From: a virus
Taxonomy: Duplodnaviria > Heunggongvirae > Uroviricota > Caudoviricetes
DNA: 11,540 nucleotides
Strand: one strand, 5' to 3'
IMG/VR virus record: IMGVR_UViG_3300029762_000045
Location: 1-11,540 of that record
Position numbers and translations under genes: made by a program. The notes below the pieces were generated by a model that worked only from the letters and a program-made list of their open reading frames with translations, did not search any database and was not told where the DNA came from. Numbering within the stretch: the stretch's first letter is position 1; each line of letters starts with the position of its first letter. Of the stretch, positions 10,310-11,540 are shown piece after piece.

Positions 10310-10597
10310 CTATAATTTTGAATATCCAGACTCAAATACCTCAGCAGGAGAATATGATTCATATCCATCCTCATAGACAACGTAATAGCCTCCAGACATT
10401 GGTCGGTGCTTACAGATATATTCCGCGCTAACATCAAATGCTGCGTATTTCTTATCATCCGGATGAATAATTGCCCCATAACTAGAAGAGCCAGTCTTAC
10501 CAGACTGATCTGGGTTTGGCTTATGTTCTATAGAGCCAATCTTCAGGGCGCGAACTTTTTTGTGGCACTGGTATCTCGGCATTTCTTGTTCAGTCAT
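10310..10597 (-). CDS. Hypothetical small protein, 95 aa, with two Cys-His-containing motifs
   Basis: ATG 10595-10597 lies 3 nt after the stop of the upstream ORF, with GGAG 10-13 nt upstream. Translation MTEQEMPRYQCHKKVRALKIGS...YICKHRPMSGGYYVVYEDGY... No family recognised. Confidence 0.6.
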   Translation of the reverse strand: MTEQEMPRYQCHKKVRALKIGSIEHKPNPDQSGKTGSSSYGAIIHPDDKKYAAFDVSAEYICKHRPMSGGYYVVYEDGYESYSPAEVFESGYSKL

Positions 10598-10600
10598 CTC

Positions 10601-10843
10601 TTACACTCCGGTAGTGAACAGGTCTAACGCTTCCTTCGATTTACGCACCGCTTCGATAGTGCGGGTCGTGATATCTGAATTAGCGCCGCCTGACTGGAAG
10701 TGAATTTTGAATAGCTCAAGCTTCAGCTCATCAGTGCCAATGAATTGAAATGCTTCTTCTGCGGCTGCGTTCTGGTTCATGACCAGTTTGTAAATCTCTA
10801 ACTGGAATTTCTGTTCTTCAGTCATGGGAATAATCTCTGCCAT
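10601..10843 (-). CDS. Hypothetical small protein, 80 aa
   Basis: ATG 10841-10843 with GGAG about 7-10 nt upstream; first gene of a tightly packed three-ORF run leading into terS. Normal GC content. Confidence 0.6.
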   Translation of the reverse strand: MAEIIPMTEEQKFQLEIYKLVMNQNAAAEEAFQFIGTDELKLELFKIHFQSGGANSDITTRTIEAVRKSKEALDLFTTGV

Positions 10844-10950
10844 TGTTGGCTCCGTTTATCCGTTAAAAGGGATATCAGTTAAGTTATCCCGTGTAGGGTA
10901 TAAGCCATTATCAAAGCCACTCTGTAGGGAATGGCTTTTGTGATGGCAAT

Positions 10951-10972
10951 AAAAAAGGCCGACTTAGCGACC
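10951..10972 (-). terminator. Putative intrinsic terminator downstream of the AT-rich small gene
   Basis: Minus-strand RNA reads GGUCG-CUAAGU-CGGCC (5-bp stem including one G-U pair) followed by UUUUUU, beginning 18 nt after the TGA stop at 10990-10992. Confidence 0.4.
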
Positions 10973-10989
10973 AATTTAATAATTAATTA

Positions 10990-11232
10990 TCAATAATGTG
11001 GGAATTGGTTACTATTTTGCAAGATAACCCAAGATGGGCGAAACAAGTCAAAAACATTGATGCTTAACAGGGCTTCATTTATTGATTTTTTTTCATCCGC
11101 AGAAACTCCGCGTCCTGCATTTGACATTACAAGCTGACCATTAACTATTTCACTACATTGTTTTACATAACTACCTGGCGGCATTGATTGAAAGTTACAT
11201 GTACCATTTATTATTTTATCAATTTCACTCAT
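10990..11232 (-). CDS. Hypothetical protein, 80 aa, in a markedly AT-rich segment (moron-like)
   Basis: ATG at 11230-11232 with GAGG 8-11 nt upstream; TGA stop at 10990. Visibly A/T-rich relative to the flanking structural genes. Translation MSEIDKIINGTCNFQSMPPGSYVKQCSEIVNGQLVMSNAGRGV...; no signal peptide. Confidence 0.55.
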   Translation of the reverse strand: MSEIDKIINGTCNFQSMPPGSYVKQCSEIVNGQLVMSNAGRGVSADEKKSINEALLSINVFDLFRPSWVILQNSNQFPHY

Positions 11233-11451
11233 ATCAACCTCGTCTAGTTGTTCGTCATAGATTCAGTGGCTGGCGGTGACGATTCCGCTTTTCGGGAGCT
11301 ACCCTAGCCACTGTTTTATTCTATCCGATGTCTTTCCATCAGTCCGCCACCACAAAGAATCTTTTTTGCCATAAGGCTGGAGGTTCATCTTTCAGTGGCT
11401 GCCAGTGTTATTTCCCTACTTACTGGCTTGGGTTGTTTCGCTGTACTGCCG

Positions 11452-11540
11452 TTAATTAGTGAGTCCGGGGATTACGGTTTGCCCGTGCTGTTCAAGGCGT
11501 TCAATTCTCGCCAGTAGCTGAGGCTTCTTAATTTTTCCCC
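11452..11540 (-). CDS. Possible 3' end of an upstream gene (partial, identity unknown)
   Basis: One minus-strand frame is open from the window edge for 28 codons (...GKIKKPQLLARIERLEQHGQTVIPGLTN) to a TAA at 11452-11454; the other two frames stop within a few codons. Too short to identify. Confidence 0.3.
   Translation of the reverse strand, partial: GKIKKPQLLARIERLEQHGQTVIPGLTN

Noticed and set aside
10297-10479. 60-aa minus-strand ORF
   Set aside because: Out-of-frame overlap with the better-supported 95-aa ORF; no independent start signal.
11298-11386. 29-codon minus-strand ORF (MNLQPYGKKDSLWWRTDGK...) in the non-coding stretch
   Set aside because: Very short, weak ribosome-binding site, no supporting context.
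1-11540. Checked for CRISPR arrays, tRNA or rRNA genes, integrase or att sites and IS elements
   Set aside because: No regularly spaced direct repeats with spacers, no tRNA-like cloverleaf candidates and no transposase or integrase-like ORFs were seen; the window is structural-gene dense.

Overview
The whole window is one minus-strand late (morphogenesis) operon of a P22-like short-tailed phage or prophage of Enterobacteriaceae, shown reverse-complemented relative to the usual P22 map. Reading right to left: a 3' fragment of an unidentified gene, an AT-rich moron-like small gene with its own terminator, three tightly coupled small ORFs, small terminase (gp3, with the pac site inside it), large terminase (gp2), portal (gp1), scaffold (gp8), coat (gp5), a terminator hairpin, an extra 197-aa gene not expected in P22, tail adaptor gp4, tail hub gp10, a tail needle with a repeat-built coiled coil and C-terminal knob, and the start of the next gene. 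Protein identities come from my recollection of P22 sequences and gene order; no database search was run. The best candidates for something undescribed are the extra gene between coat and gp4, the AT-rich moron, and the same-frame small-ORF trio upstream of the terminase.
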